Source: a virus
Lineage: Duplodnaviria; Heunggongvirae; Uroviricota; Caudoviricetes
IMG/VR virus record: IMGVR_UViG_3300032304_000977
Coordinates: 1 to 64,000 of that record
Direction: 5' to 3' (one strand)
Length of the DNA stretch: 64,000 nt
In this document: positions 26,762 to 34,961 of the stretch, piece after piece
How the letters are laid out: each line of letters opens with the position of its first letter
How positions within the stretch are numbered: position 1 is the stretch's first letter
The notes under the pieces: model-generated
What the model saw: only the letters and a program-made list of their open reading frames with translations
Told to the model about the DNA's origin: nothing
The model's database searches: none
Translations under genes and position numbers: made by a program

Positions 26762-27278
26762 GCTTATCACACAGAGTGCGAATCCATCCACCATGACGAA
26801 TTGTGCCACGATCGCCACAAGTTTCACAAGTCACAGATGCCCATGACTCAGCCATACGAACCATACCATACACTTGGTCATCACCACCTTCATAATAGAA
26901 GCGGAGACCACCAAACTTTTCTTTGACTTGAACAACAGTTACATGTTGTATTTTGTCGGCGATCTTAATACCATTCTCCATAATTTCTTGAGCACGCTCT
27001 TCATCCCACTCTCGGACAGGTCGACCACGTGATAAATGTTTTATCAGAGCATCGTATCCTTTTCGACGAGCACGTTCAATGCGCAAGTCATAAGCACGTG
27101 AATTACGTTTCCATTTAATGTGGCTGTCGATATTACGACACAGAGAGTGCAGAATGTCAAACCATCCATCACCACACTCAAATCCCCAGCACATAGCAGT
27201 CTCGGTCATCGGAGCATAGCGACCTCGAAACATACGAGGAAATTCCTTAACCAATTGTGCATCTAGTTCTTCACGCAT
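26721..27278 (-). CDS. zinc-ribbon protein, member of YC-x-[KE]H paralog family
   Basis: 185 aa. CETCGDRGTIRHGGWIRTLCDKHEAE resembles the C-termini of ORFs 31440..31658 and 31666..32016. Confidence 0.4.
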   Translation of the reverse strand: MREELDAQLVKEFPRMFRGRYAPMTETAMCWGFECGDGWFDILHSLCRNIDSHIKWKRNSRAYDLRIERARRKGYDALIKHLSRGRPVREWDEERAQEIMENGIKIADKIQHVTVVQVKEKFGGLRFYYEGGDDQVYGMVRMAESWASVTCETCGDRGTIRHGGWIRTLCDKHEAEYQKRRNGEE

Positions 27279-27782
27279 TTAAAGCTCCTCATTAGGAAAG
27301 GCATCTGTTGGTTCAAACACATATTCTCTCTTCGGTGTATAAGGGAAAACAATTGGCACAAAGGACGCAGATCCAGTGTAGTATGATTTGAAAGGTTTAC
27401 CATCCTCATCACTCATATACCAGTTCCAAAAAATTTTACCTTCTAGGTCATAGGGCTGACCATTGAATCGATCAGATTGTTTGAACACATGGCTGCAACG
27501 ATTGTTTTGAAACACACCATCACTCACTTCATTCCACTCAGAGTCTTCTCCTGTGAGTGGAATGATTGGTTCAAAGGAAGCCAACTTCTTGAACAAGTCG
27601 ATAGTATAAGGTGCAGTCGAACCCGAGTGACCCTTTTTCGAAAACATATTAATCAATTTTAGAACATGCTGACAAATCGCACCCTGCATCTCATCGCAGT
27701 ATGTACCATCCTCATTCAACCAACCAGCTACTTTAAATTCTCTCAATGCGTGTTTTTTTAAATTGCTCATGCTGTAATCCAA
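27279..27782 (-). CDS. hypothetical protein
   Basis: 167-aa ORF. Confidence 0.4.
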   Translation of the reverse strand: MDYSMSNLKKHALREFKVAGWLNEDGTYCDEMQGAICQHVLKLINMFSKKGHSGSTAPYTIDLFKKLASFEPIIPLTGEDSEWNEVSDGVFQNNRCSHVFKQSDRFNGQPYDLEGKIFWNWYMSDEDGKPFKSYYTGSASFVPIVFPYTPKREYVFEPTDAFPNEEL

Positions 27783-28231
27783 TAATCGTTTTCTTTATAC
27801 ATAATAGACTCAGAGCCATCATATTCATCAATACGAAACTGAGTACCCTCTGGTATCCACTCAATGGTCAAATCGCCAGCGCCACCAAAATAGCCATCGG
27901 GGTATTTTTTTTCGCAATAGGCTACGATGTTATCAACCCAGCTGCTCCGACTCGCATCTTCAGCTTTCTCCATTTCCTCAACCATATAAACAATCGAGGG
28001 ATCAAACATCAACTCATCTCCGAGAATTTCTCCACGCATTGTGTTCCAAGTGCTCCAGCCAGCACCATATCCTGGCGAATACAGAACCGCAACCAATCCA
28101 TTCCGAATCTCTTTTTTTACACCACTCATAGGATAATTCCTCTTTTCAACAAATTTAATAAACTCTGGATCATCCAAAGGAACAATCCTATCCATATTAG
28201 CCATCGCTTTTTTGCTTCGATATCCACTCAT
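27767..28231 (-). CDS. hypothetical protein
   Basis: 154-aa ORF. Confidence 0.4.
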   Translation of the reverse strand: MSGYRSKKAMANMDRIVPLDDPEFIKFVEKRNYPMSGVKKEIRNGLVAVLYSPGYGAGWSTWNTMRGEILGDELMFDPSIVYMVEEMEKAEDASRSSWVDNIVAYCEKKYPDGYFGGAGDLTIEWIPEGTQFRIDEYDGSESIMYKENDYWITA

Positions 28232-28587
28232 CTGCTCACACTCAATTCTGCATTCGGATTATCCCAGCAAGCATTCCTGTAATTATAAACAAAATTACAA
28301 AGACCATCATAAGAACCCCAACCATTTTCTGGATTAAACTTCTTGAAATACTCGGGATCGGAAAGTAGAATATTCCAACCAATATCAAGAAGATCAGAGA
28401 TTTCTTTAGCGTATTTAAACCCATGCTCATCTGGTCGCCAGAGAACATCATACAACGATAGATCCGCAACACCTACCCACTCTAGACCATACTTAACCTC
28501 ACGAGCCATTGCTCCAAGATTATGTGTGATATTACCAGAGTAAACCGAAGTCGGCTGAACTACCATCAAATCAACATCAAGACTCAT
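28228..28587 (-). CDS. hypothetical protein
   Basis: 119-aa ORF with 4-nt overlaps to both neighbours (operon packing). Confidence 0.4.
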   Translation of the reverse strand: MSLDVDLMVVQPTSVYSGNITHNLGAMAREVKYGLEWVGVADLSLYDVLWRPDEHGFKYAKEISDLLDIGWNILLSDPEYFKKFNPENGWGSYDGLCNFVYNYRNACWDNPNAELSVSR

Positions 28588-28811
28588 ATCGATTTCCCTC
28601 TGATTACGTTGACCTTAAAATCAACACAAGTACCTTCCAACAGCTCAATCTTACCTTGACCTGCCATTTTAACCAAATCTCGCATACGTTGCTTTTGCAT
28701 TTCCATATCCACCATACATTCAGTTTCGTCTGTGTAATAACCTGTAGACTGCATAAACTCACAATTGCCATTCAAACATATAAACAGCAAGGGTATAAAA
28801 ATAGTTGTCAC
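28584..28811 (-). CDS. small Cys-containing protein
   Basis: 75-aa ORF. Confidence 0.3.
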   Translation of the reverse strand: MTTIFIPLLFICLNGNCEFMQSTGYYTDETECMVDMEMQKQRMRDLVKMAGQGKIELLEGTCVDFKVNVIRGKSI

Positions 28812-29062
28812 GAAAAATCCTTCAATCGTTTCATTCCCTTAGCAGGGACATGTACTACATAACGTGTATCGCCATTCATCTTTATCGGAAGATCGAGATG
28901 GCAAAGAATCATAGTAGAATCCTCATATTCTTCACGAATTACCATACCAATCACTGGAACCTTACCAACCTTACCTGAGATACGATCGCCATAGACCCAT
29001 GTAGGTGTAGGTTTATTCGCATCTCGCTTCTCAAAATAATCTTTAAGACTTGCCATAAACAC
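28808..29062 (-). CDS. small hypothetical protein
   Basis: 84 aa. Downstream of the consensus promoter at 29227-29255. Confidence 0.35.
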   Translation of the reverse strand: MFMASLKDYFEKRDANKPTPTWVYGDRISGKVGKVPVIGMVIREEYEDSTMILCHLDLPIKMNGDTRYVVHVPAKGMKRLKDFS

Positions 29063-29226
29063 CCCATTTCCTAATACAGAGAGTGATGATTAAACCTACC
29101 GTAAGTTCTACAGCAAATAAACCAAGAATTATCCATAGTATAATCATTGTAATCTCTTATATCGAATATACAAACCAATACATACCAAAATGAAAATGAA
29201 AGTCATTGTCTAATCCATCCTTCGTT

Positions 29227-29255
29227 AATTATACACGTGTCGCTGATTAATGTCA
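29227..29255 (-). promoter_or_regulatory. sigma70-type early promoter TTGACA-N17-TATAAT
   Basis: Minus strand: cTTGACAttaatcagcgacacgtgTATAAT. Confidence 0.6.
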
Positions 29256-29362
29256 AGAGATATGTCCGAAGTTCGAAAGGAAGAAGAAAAAGTCTCGGGG
29301 GACAAGCCGAAAGGGACCCGACCCGAAAAAAAAGGACCCGAATTTAATAGTCCATTTTTTGA

Positions 29363-29372
29363 CCCCCCCCCC
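29363..29372. repeat. homopolymeric C10 tract (G10 on the coding strand)
   Basis: gaCCCCCCCCCCttatgggg, within a locally GC-rich non-coding stretch that contains GACCCGA direct repeats (29300-29345). Confidence 0.7.
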
Positions 29373-29402
29373 TTATGGGGTGCTGAATGTCATTTAGTCT
29401 TC

Positions 29403-29579
29403 GTCACTCAGACTCATCATCCAGTACTGATTCTCCTGCTCTAGCCATTCCATGTATTCTTCATGTTCTTCTTGGTATAGCATAGCCACATACTCTTTTA
29501 CTCTTTCTTCTCTCTCTTGCTCAGCAATCTCTTGTAACAACGCATTCACATCATCCATGGTAGTAGTCATAGTGCTAGT
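29403..29579 (-). CDS. small highly acidic protein (58 aa, below track threshold)
   Basis: Minus-strand ORF MTTTMDDVNALLQEIAEQEREERVKEYVAMLYQEEHEEYMEWLEQENQYWMMSLSDED. About one third Asp/Glu. Coordinates approximate. Confidence 0.3.
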
Positions 29580-29740
29580 CCTTAGTCTTTCTCTTAGAAA
29601 CCTCTACATGGTTATTATACAGTTCTTCCTCATAGTTGTCAAATAAATCTCCGAACACATGTGATTCTTCGAATGTCTCTTCATCAGAGATCAACACATG
29701 CATGGGAACACCCAACAGGGAGGATGCATCAGCGAGGGTC
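29570..29740 (-). CDS. small acidic protein (about 56 aa, below track threshold)
   Basis: Minus-strand ORF MTLADASSLLGVPMHVLISDEETFEESHVFGDLFDNYEEELYNNHVEVSKRKTKD. Coordinates approximate. Confidence 0.25.
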
Positions 29741-29750
29741 ATAGTAGGCT

Positions 29751-29758
29751 CCCCCCCC
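29751..29758. repeat. homopolymeric C8 tract immediately 3' of the AAA ATPase stop codon
   Basis: ggctCCCCCCCCta followed by tta (stop on minus strand). Confidence 0.7.
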
Positions 29759-29760
29759 TA

Positions 29761-30693
29761 TTAAGCAGTCAACATATAAGTAGCCAGATCTTTCCACTCG
29801 GTGTTGGCAGCACGAACCTTGGACACAGAGATCAGCGTACGCAGGGAGATTTCTTTGCACTCATCTTTGATCTCACGGATCAGCGCCAGCGAGTCAGCGA
29901 TGATAGACTTATCGTACTCAGGGAGAAACTCATCAGACATAGCGATGTGCTCCATGCGCTCAATCTTCTGATCAGTTGTCATGCTCAGATCAATCATCAT
30001 TGAACGTGAGCGGATGGCTTGGTCAATCTTACCATCATCCATATTAGAGATGAAGATAATACGACCTTCAAAGTTGAAGCTCTTAGGCAGGTCTTCATCT
30101 TTGAAGTCAGCGTTCCAGGAAATGATGCGCTTACCGTAGCTGTCAAGAGCAGACTTCAGAATGTTCAGCGCAACTGGGTCTTTGAGAATGCTATCGCAGT
30201 CATCAAACACGATGATGCCTTTGTTGTTCTCAAACAAAGTGCGGTACAAACCCTTGGGAGTAGAGTAACCCTTGACCATGCGATAGCACTTGCGCATGTT
30301 CAGAATAGAACCAACAGCAAACTCACCGAGATCCGAGATGTCCTTCAGACCATTGCTCTCAAGTGTCTTGGTGACAGTGTAAGTCTTACCGAGACCACCT
30401 TCGCCAGTGATAATAGCGGAGGGCTGTACACCAGTCGCGACCATGTTCACCAACTTCTCAACAAAGCCGAAGCGAGTGTTAATGCCAAACTTGTCGGCTT
30501 TGGGTTCAGTCACGGGAGTGGTACCAACGATCTGAGCAAATGCCATTTTAGTACCAGTGATCTTCTTGTAGTGATATTCAACCACCTGTTCGAGACCAGC
30601 ACCAGTTTTGCCAGTCTTCACAATCTTGTCGCCAAGACGGATCTCAGATTTACCATCACGGAAGGTCTTCACAGAGACTTTAAGAGCATTCAT
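29761..30693 (-). CDS. AAA+/P-loop ATPase of unknown function (start trimmed to MNALKV)
   Basis: Track ORF 29761..30753 starts inside the -35 box. ATG at 30691-30693 has an AGGA RBS. Walker A GEGGLGKTY, Walker B IIVFDDCD, sensor-like IIFISNMD. Coding GC visibly higher than surrounding genes. Confidence 0.6.
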   Translation of the reverse strand: MNALKVSVKTFRDGKSEIRLGDKIVKTGKTGAGLEQVVEYHYKKITGTKMAFAQIVGTTPVTEPKADKFGINTRFGFVEKLVNMVATGVQPSAIITGEGGLGKTYTVTKTLESNGLKDISDLGEFAVGSILNMRKCYRMVKGYSTPKGLYRTLFENNKGIIVFDDCDSILKDPVALNILKSALDSYGKRIISWNADFKDEDLPKSFNFEGRIIFISNMDDGKIDQAIRSRSMMIDLSMTTDQKIERMEHIAMSDEFLPEYDKSIIADSLALIREIKDECKEISLRTLISVSKVRAANTEWKDLATYMLTA

Positions 30694-30724
30694 TTCAATT
30701 CCTTTTTTCATATTCAATAATAGA

Positions 30725-30753
30725 ATTATGCCTGAGAACCGAATTAATAGCAA
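30725..30753 (-). promoter_or_regulatory. sigma70-type early promoter TTGCTA-N17-CATAAT (variant)
   Basis: Minus strand: aTTGCTAttaattcggttctcaggCATAAT. Same conserved spacer TTAATTCGG as the other copies. Upstream of the AAA ATPase. Confidence 0.5.
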
Positions 30754-30758
30754 TAGAA

Positions 30759-30780
30759 AAACCCTACGTATAGTAGGGTT
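30759..30780. repeat. ACCCTAC-N5-GTAGGGT hairpin family, copy 4
   Basis: aaccctacGTATAgtagggtt adjacent to the promoter at 30725-30753. Confidence 0.6.
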
Positions 30781-30788
30781 ATCTTAAG

Positions 30789-30950
30789 TTAGTTAGTACT
30801 TACTTCCAGGTCTATATTATAAATCGGGGTTTCGCCCGAATCGTTATATTCTAGCCATTTCTGGATTTCTTTTATAGCCGATTTATAATTATCAAATTCA
30901 GAAACAAAAAATTTAACCCCAAACTCGTCCGTAATATAAAGTTTAAACAT
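30789..30950 (-). CDS. small hypothetical protein (start trimmed to MFKLYI)
   Basis: Track ORF 30789..30983 starts inside the -10 hexamer 30971-30976. The internal Met is clear of the promoter. Confidence 0.3.
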   Translation of the reverse strand: MFKLYITDEFGVKFFVSEFDNYKSAIKEIQKWLEYNDSGETPIYNIDLEVSTN

Positions 30951-30970
30951 CTTTTCTCCTTTGAAAAGAT

Positions 30971-30999
30971 GATTATAACTCATCTTTGGATTAATGTCA
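30971..30999 (-). promoter_or_regulatory. sigma70-type early promoter TTGACA-N17-TATAAT
   Basis: Minus strand: aTTGACAttaatccaaagatgagtTATAAT. Confidence 0.6.
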
Positions 31000-31022
31000 A
31001 TCCGATGTAAGTAAGCACTAAC

Positions 31023-31379
31023 TTACCTCCACAGATCTCCATCCCTGTCTATCTCATACGAGAATCCAGGATCCTCAGGGGGAATAACGCCAAACTCCTC
31101 CATCTCAGCATACAGTTGCTCGGCTGTCTTTCCATCCGCACGTTTCTGCTGAGTAATAATCCACTTGCTTTTCTCAGCAGACTCTTTACCACTTGCCATA
31201 TGCGCACGATTACCATCCGCGATCTTAGTCTTTGTTTCCTGTGAGTGCGATCTTAACGTAGCAGCACAACTACGAGAGCAGTTTGGTCCACGTTTCCTAT
31301 GCTCAGCACCGCAAACAGGACACTCTTTTAATCTATAAACTCCTGGCATGTTTCTCCTTACGCAACTGTTCGAACACAA
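31023..31379 (-). CDS. zinc-ribbon protein
   Basis: 118 aa with CPVCGAEHRKRGPNCSRSC. GC-elevated coding. Confidence 0.4.
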   Translation of the reverse strand: MCSNSCVRRNMPGVYRLKECPVCGAEHRKRGPNCSRSCAATLRSHSQETKTKIADGNRAHMASGKESAEKSKWIITQQKRADGKTAEQLYAEMEEFGVIPPEDPGFSYEIDRDGDLWR

Positions 31380-31439
31380 CCACCACTAAATAGAGCACAT
31401 CACAATTCTACCTTGAGATGCTCCTGCGTCACTAGATGC

Positions 31440-31658
31440 TCATGCTTCACTCCAATATGTATAAGAATCATTCACATAATAATCTTCCTCTTCCATTGCA
31501 TGCTTTAAGCAATAAGGATGATCACCTGCGAATTGTGTATGTCTAATATGTACTGCCATTGCTCCACATTCTAAACATCTCTCATATTCTTTACTTGCAG
31601 CCTCTTCAGCTTGCTCAACTATTCTATTGTTCAGCTTTGTATAATCAATTTTGCTCAT
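31440..31658 (-). CDS. zinc-ribbon protein, YC-x-[KE]H family
   Basis: 72 aa. CLECGAMAVH...HPYCLKHAMEEED. Confidence 0.4.
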   Translation of the reverse strand: MSKIDYTKLNNRIVEQAEEAASKEYERCLECGAMAVHIRHTQFAGDHPYCLKHAMEEEDYYVNDSYTYWSEA

Positions 31659-31665
31659 ATTCTTC

Positions 31666-32016
31666 TTAACTCTCTCTTCCTGCTATAAATGCAGCTTGCA
31701 ACCATACCATTATACGCTTGGCTTTCTCAGGTGTCAACTCACAATCAGTGAAGAATCTATCACTACGATATGAATATCCAGATGCTCCTGCGTCACTTTC
31801 AAGTTCATTAAACCAATCAAAGAACGCCAACTCTTTTCTATTCTCCCAATAGGATGTATCTGTATCCTGACAGAAGTCATCTTCAAAAATAGCATGTTCA
31901 TCGCAGTAATTCATATCTCCGTGAACTGTTTTTCTTATCCAATCGACCTTGTTATGACAGTCGGGAGAGCAGCAAAAAAGAGCCGTAGTCTTTTTCATTG
32001 GTTTGGTTGCGGTCAT
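31666..32016 (-). CDS. zinc-ribbon protein, YC-x-[KE]H family
   Basis: 116 aa. CCSPDCHNKVDWIRKTVHGDMNYCDEHAIFEDD. Paralogous to the previous gene. Confidence 0.4.
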   Translation of the reverse strand: MTATKPMKKTTALFCCSPDCHNKVDWIRKTVHGDMNYCDEHAIFEDDFCQDTDTSYWENRKELAFFDWFNELESDAGASGYSYRSDRFFTDCELTPEKAKRIMVWLQAAFIAGRES

Positions 32017-32234
32017 ACATATCCCTTTCCGAACAGTTTATGTATAGATGTAGTTGCATCTTCACGTTCAGCGATTATTTCCATCTCGTACTTACTTGGA
32101 TAATGTCTAAGTAAACGTCTTGCACGCTCACGAATGTCCTTTGGTACTCTGGGTGTTTTACTTGGATCTAGCAATTCATATAAGAATTCCTGAGTCCAAA
32201 CCACTGCGTTTGTTCTTTCTACTGGGACTGTCAT
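32013..32234 (-). CDS. small hypothetical protein
   Basis: 73-aa ORF, 4-nt overlap packing. Confidence 0.3.
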   Translation of the reverse strand: MTVPVERTNAVVWTQEFLYELLDPSKTPRVPKDIRERARRLLRHYPSKYEMEIIAEREDATTSIHKLFGKGYV

Positions 32235-32464
32235 TCTATACCACCAAATGCACGAATTATCATATTACATGCGGTAATATTTGTTTTGTTGCCAACCACA
32301 TCATCAGGGTGTAACCAATAGCCATTCGGATTTAATTCACTGCGAGGATTGTCTTCCCATTGCTTTAGTTCATCAATCAAATAATCACGCCACTGTGTCA
32401 CGTTTGCGATCGTGATAGCATCAGCTGCAGCCTGTGGAATCTCAAATGCATTTGTCATTACCAA
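32231..32464 (-). CDS. small hypothetical protein
   Basis: 77-aa ORF. Confidence 0.3.
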   Translation of the reverse strand: MVMTNAFEIPQAAADAITIANVTQWRDYLIDELKQWEDNPRSELNPNGYWLHPDDVVGNKTNITACNMIIRAFGGIE

Positions 32465-32667
32465 TCCTTTTCGTCTTTTAATGTAAATGTAACTGTTCCC
32501 GCAGACTTAAACATCTTCACATCATGAATCGCTACCTTCAGGTATGTTCCTATGCCAGATGATGAATCTGCTATCAACTCTACTTGTGCTGAATCAGGGA
32601 ATTCTTCAAACAACTCTGTCAATAGTTTTACATCGTTGCGTGTTAGCCAAATGTTATTACTTGTCAT
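32458..32667 (-). CDS. small hypothetical protein
   Basis: 69-aa ORF. Confidence 0.3.
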   Translation of the reverse strand: MTSNNIWLTRNDVKLLTELFEEFPDSAQVELIADSSSGIGTYLKVAIHDVKMFKSAGTVTFTLKDEKDW

Positions 32668-32668
32668 T

Positions 32669-32881
32669 CTATCGCTCCAATATTACATAATCGCCAAAGT
32701 ATTTATCAAAGGTAGTGATCAGATGTTCATAGTTGCCAGCTGTCATCTCATTTACAATTTCTGCACCATTCAGCTCCAGCTGTTTTGCTAGTTGCTTTGC
32801 TGTTCCCATCAAATAGAATGCGTTACCCTGTGGACCTGTGAGATCAATCACAGGGGTAGTGTTTTGTTTTTCACGAATCAT
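32669..32881 (-). CDS. small hypothetical protein
   Basis: 70-aa ORF. Confidence 0.3.
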   Translation of the reverse strand: MIREKQNTTPVIDLTGPQGNAFYLMGTAKQLAKQLELNGAEIVNEMTAGNYEHLITTFDKYFGDYVILER

Positions 32882-33329
32882 AGCTGGCTCCCAACACTCT
32901 CATCATCTTACTCTTTACTCTTAAGTTTGGTTGACGGTAGCGATCAGTGGGCGTAAATCCCATCATCGCTCCAATCTCAACCACTGCACCACTACGGCAG
33001 ATACCAGCATGGCAGTGCACTAGCACGTTCATACTTTTCTCCATAGCGTGGCTCAACAACATCACAAGTTCATTGGCTTGACTGTCGTTGATTTTAAAAT
33101 CATCATCAAATCCATCCTCGTCCTCTGCATCCAGAAACTCAAAGCAATGAACTTCTTTAAATTGTCGCTTGGTAGCTTTGAATTCAGTAGCAGGATCTTG
33201 AATGCGAATGAGCATGACATTCTCACCAAGATCACTATGATGACCAAGATGAATGTCTGCCATGCTACAGTTTTCAATCCAACGTATCACTTTACCACTC
33301 GCTTTCGTATTCTTCTTCGTAGGTTTCAC
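32871..33329 (-). CDS. protein tyrosine / dual-specificity phosphatase
   Basis: 152 aa with the CX5R catalytic loop VHCHAGICRSGAV (HCxxGxxRS). True start may be an internal Met. Confidence 0.6.
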   Translation of the reverse strand: MKPTKKNTKASGKVIRWIENCSMADIHLGHHSDLGENVMLIRIQDPATEFKATKRQFKEVHCFEFLDAEDEDGFDDDFKINDSQANELVMLLSHAMEKSMNVLVHCHAGICRSGAVVEIGAMMGFTPTDRYRQPNLRVKSKMMRVLGASYDS

Positions 33330-33510
33330 TCAAATCAATGATATCGCTGAGGTCGGTAGCACCCCTGCGGATATAACTGCGACCACCATCAGTAAAGATA
33401 GCACCACAACCACAACGTACAAAATCATGGCGATGTTTGCTTTCAATAACATCGCCACACTTTGCGCATTGACATTTGTTGACAACCACGACCTCACGTT
33501 TTCTAATCGG
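33292..33510 (-). CDS. zinc-binding protein (C-terminal part of track ORF 33292..33738)
   Basis: CQCAKCGD...HRHDFVRCGCGAIF cysteine/histidine cluster. The N-terminal half of the track ORF overlaps ORF 33515..33766 in another frame, so a start at MPIRKRE is proposed. Confidence 0.3.
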   Translation of the reverse strand, partial: PIRKREVVVVNKCQCAKCGDVIESKHRHDFVRCGCGAIFTDGGRSYIRRGATDLSDIIDLSETYEEEYESEW

Positions 33511-33514
33511 CATA

Positions 33515-33766
33515 TCATATCCAATCTTTCTTACCATCAAATTGCTCATTATATTCATAGCCAGCGAAATAAGCACGCAGTTCTGCCATTGACATTTCTG
33601 CTGACTCAATGCGCTTTCCGTGACCTGTTCCCTCAGGATACCAGTGTGGATCTTGTGGGCGACTATACCAGCTGTCAGCTGAACCTCGATCAAAGGGACT
33701 ACCATGTGTACGATCGAATGTTTGTCCACGATATTCAATTGTGTTGTTCATCTCTTCACTCATCAT
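33515..33766 (-). CDS. hypothetical protein
   Basis: 83-aa ORF. Competes with the 148-aa overlapping ORF. Confidence 0.3.
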   Translation of the reverse strand: MMSEEMNNTIEYRGQTFDRTHGSPFDRGSADSWYSRPQDPHWYPEGTGHGKRIESAEMSMAELRAYFAGYEYNEQFDGKKDWI

Positions 33767-34026
33767 TCTTCTCCGTAGTAACCATAATCTTCATCGGTAC
33801 CAAACCCAGCACTTGCCATTGCTGAGTCAAAGTCACCATCCATTTCGCCAGGATCAGCATCATAGTTTTCGTCAGCATAATCACGCACAATCTCACTGAC
33901 TTCTGTCACTGGTATATCAAACTTGGCAGCAATATCTTCGTCTGCCCATCCATCATTATGCATATCCATAATGTCAACAATTAAATCTGAAAAGTATCCC
34001 ATTTTATATCCTGTAAGCAATACCAA
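33763..34026 (-). CDS. small highly acidic protein
   Basis: 87 aa, very D/E-rich (ENYDADPGEMDGDFDSAMASAGFGTDEDYGYYGEE). Confidence 0.35.
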   Translation of the reverse strand: MVLLTGYKMGYFSDLIVDIMDMHNDGWADEDIAAKFDIPVTEVSEIVRDYADENYDADPGEMDGDFDSAMASAGFGTDEDYGYYGEE

Positions 34027-34264
34027 TTACATAAATGAGCAACAATCCTGCATTGACAGCGATCATTGCTCGCTCTTTAATACAAATTCCCCAAATCAAA
34101 AACAACAATGCACCAGCATTTAGCAACCAGATGTTGAGCGGATCAAGCATCAGCGCAGTTGCTGCAGCACCAGCAAGGGTAACTGCGGTAGCAATCCATT
34201 TCAGCAAATTCACATACATCTCAATCTCCTGAATCAATCTGATAGCGATCACCACAATGAACAC
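34004..34264 (-). CDS. small membrane protein
   Basis: 86 aa with 2-3 hydrophobic helices (WIATAVTLAGAAATALML, LLNAGALLFLIWGICI). Confidence 0.35.
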   Translation of the reverse strand: MFIVVIAIRLIQEIEMYVNLLKWIATAVTLAGAAATALMLDPLNIWLLNAGALLFLIWGICIKERAMIAVNAGLLLIYVIGIAYRI

Positions 34265-34505
34265 AGGTATATTCAGTCAAACAGCGACCAACAGTTTTGC
34301 TGGTATATTCATGAGTACATGCACTACCATCAGGACGAGCACGGACTTCGCCTTTCGGACTGCCGAACATATACTGACCACCACAATTTCTGCAGGGTAG
34401 TGTATCAGTTTCTTTATCGTAGCCAGCGATCACGGACTTATACTTATTATCGCCAGCGGAGATACGACCGCTACCGTTACAAACAGGACAAACACATTTC
34501 AACAT
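34221..34505 (-). CDS. zinc-finger protein
   Basis: 94 aa with CVCPVCNGSG ... CRNCGG ... CVHCGD: four CxxC pairs. Confidence 0.4.
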   Translation of the reverse strand: MLKCVCPVCNGSGRISAGDNKYKSVIAGYDKETDTLPCRNCGGQYMFGSPKGEVRARPDGSACTHEYTSKTVGRCLTEYTCVHCGDRYQIDSGD

Positions 34506-34738
34506 TAAACAACTTTCTTCATAGCATTAACACCACTTGCCATAATCAACAAACCAGCGATCGCCAGTCCAGTACAGACCAACACATCATTTTCAGGAAC
34601 ATCAAGACCACCAACTGCACCAAACACAATCAGTAGACCAACAATCATTCGAATCGAACCCTTCATAATTTTCTCCTTACTTAGACAAGTTGATAATGCG
34701 ACCATCATATTCCATGAAAGAAACTTCCATCGGAACAA
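34505..34738 (-). CDS. small membrane protein
   Basis: 77 aa, two hydrophobic helices. Confidence 0.35.
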   Translation of the reverse strand: MFRWKFLSWNMMVALSTCLSKEKIMKGSIRMIVGLLIVFGAVGGLDVPENDVLVCTGLAIAGLLIMASGVNAMKKVV

Positions 34739-34961
34739 ACACAGTTTTCGCTATACGGGAAGAACGAACACCCTTACATTTTTTACCATCAAACACATCG
34801 GTCATCACATAGATTTTGAAAGATGCGTATGGCACTTCACGAGGATTTATTTCTTCAATTCTACCTTCAACGTAGCAGTCGTTGCGACCAAGCATCGGTT
34901 TGAAGTCATAAGCACGGATTACATCACCAACTGTAGCAATATTTGCGTTTTTCATATTCAT
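34677..34961 (-). CDS. hypothetical protein (start trimmed to MNMKNAN)
   Basis: Track ORF 34677..34979. AAGGAA RBS precedes the internal ATG. Downstream of the promoter copy at 34986-35014. Confidence 0.35.
   Translation of the reverse strand: MNMKNANIATVGDVIRAYDFKPMLGRNDCYVEGRIEEINPREVPYASFKIYVMTDVFDGKKCKGVRSSRIAKTVFVPMEVSFMEYDGRIINLSK

Noticed and set aside
29250-29646. Plus-strand ORFs 29250..29444 and 29452..29646 in the GC-rich gap
   Set aside because: They are low-complexity translations of repeats and poly-C. The minus-strand small acidic ORFs and a regulatory interpretation fit the context better.
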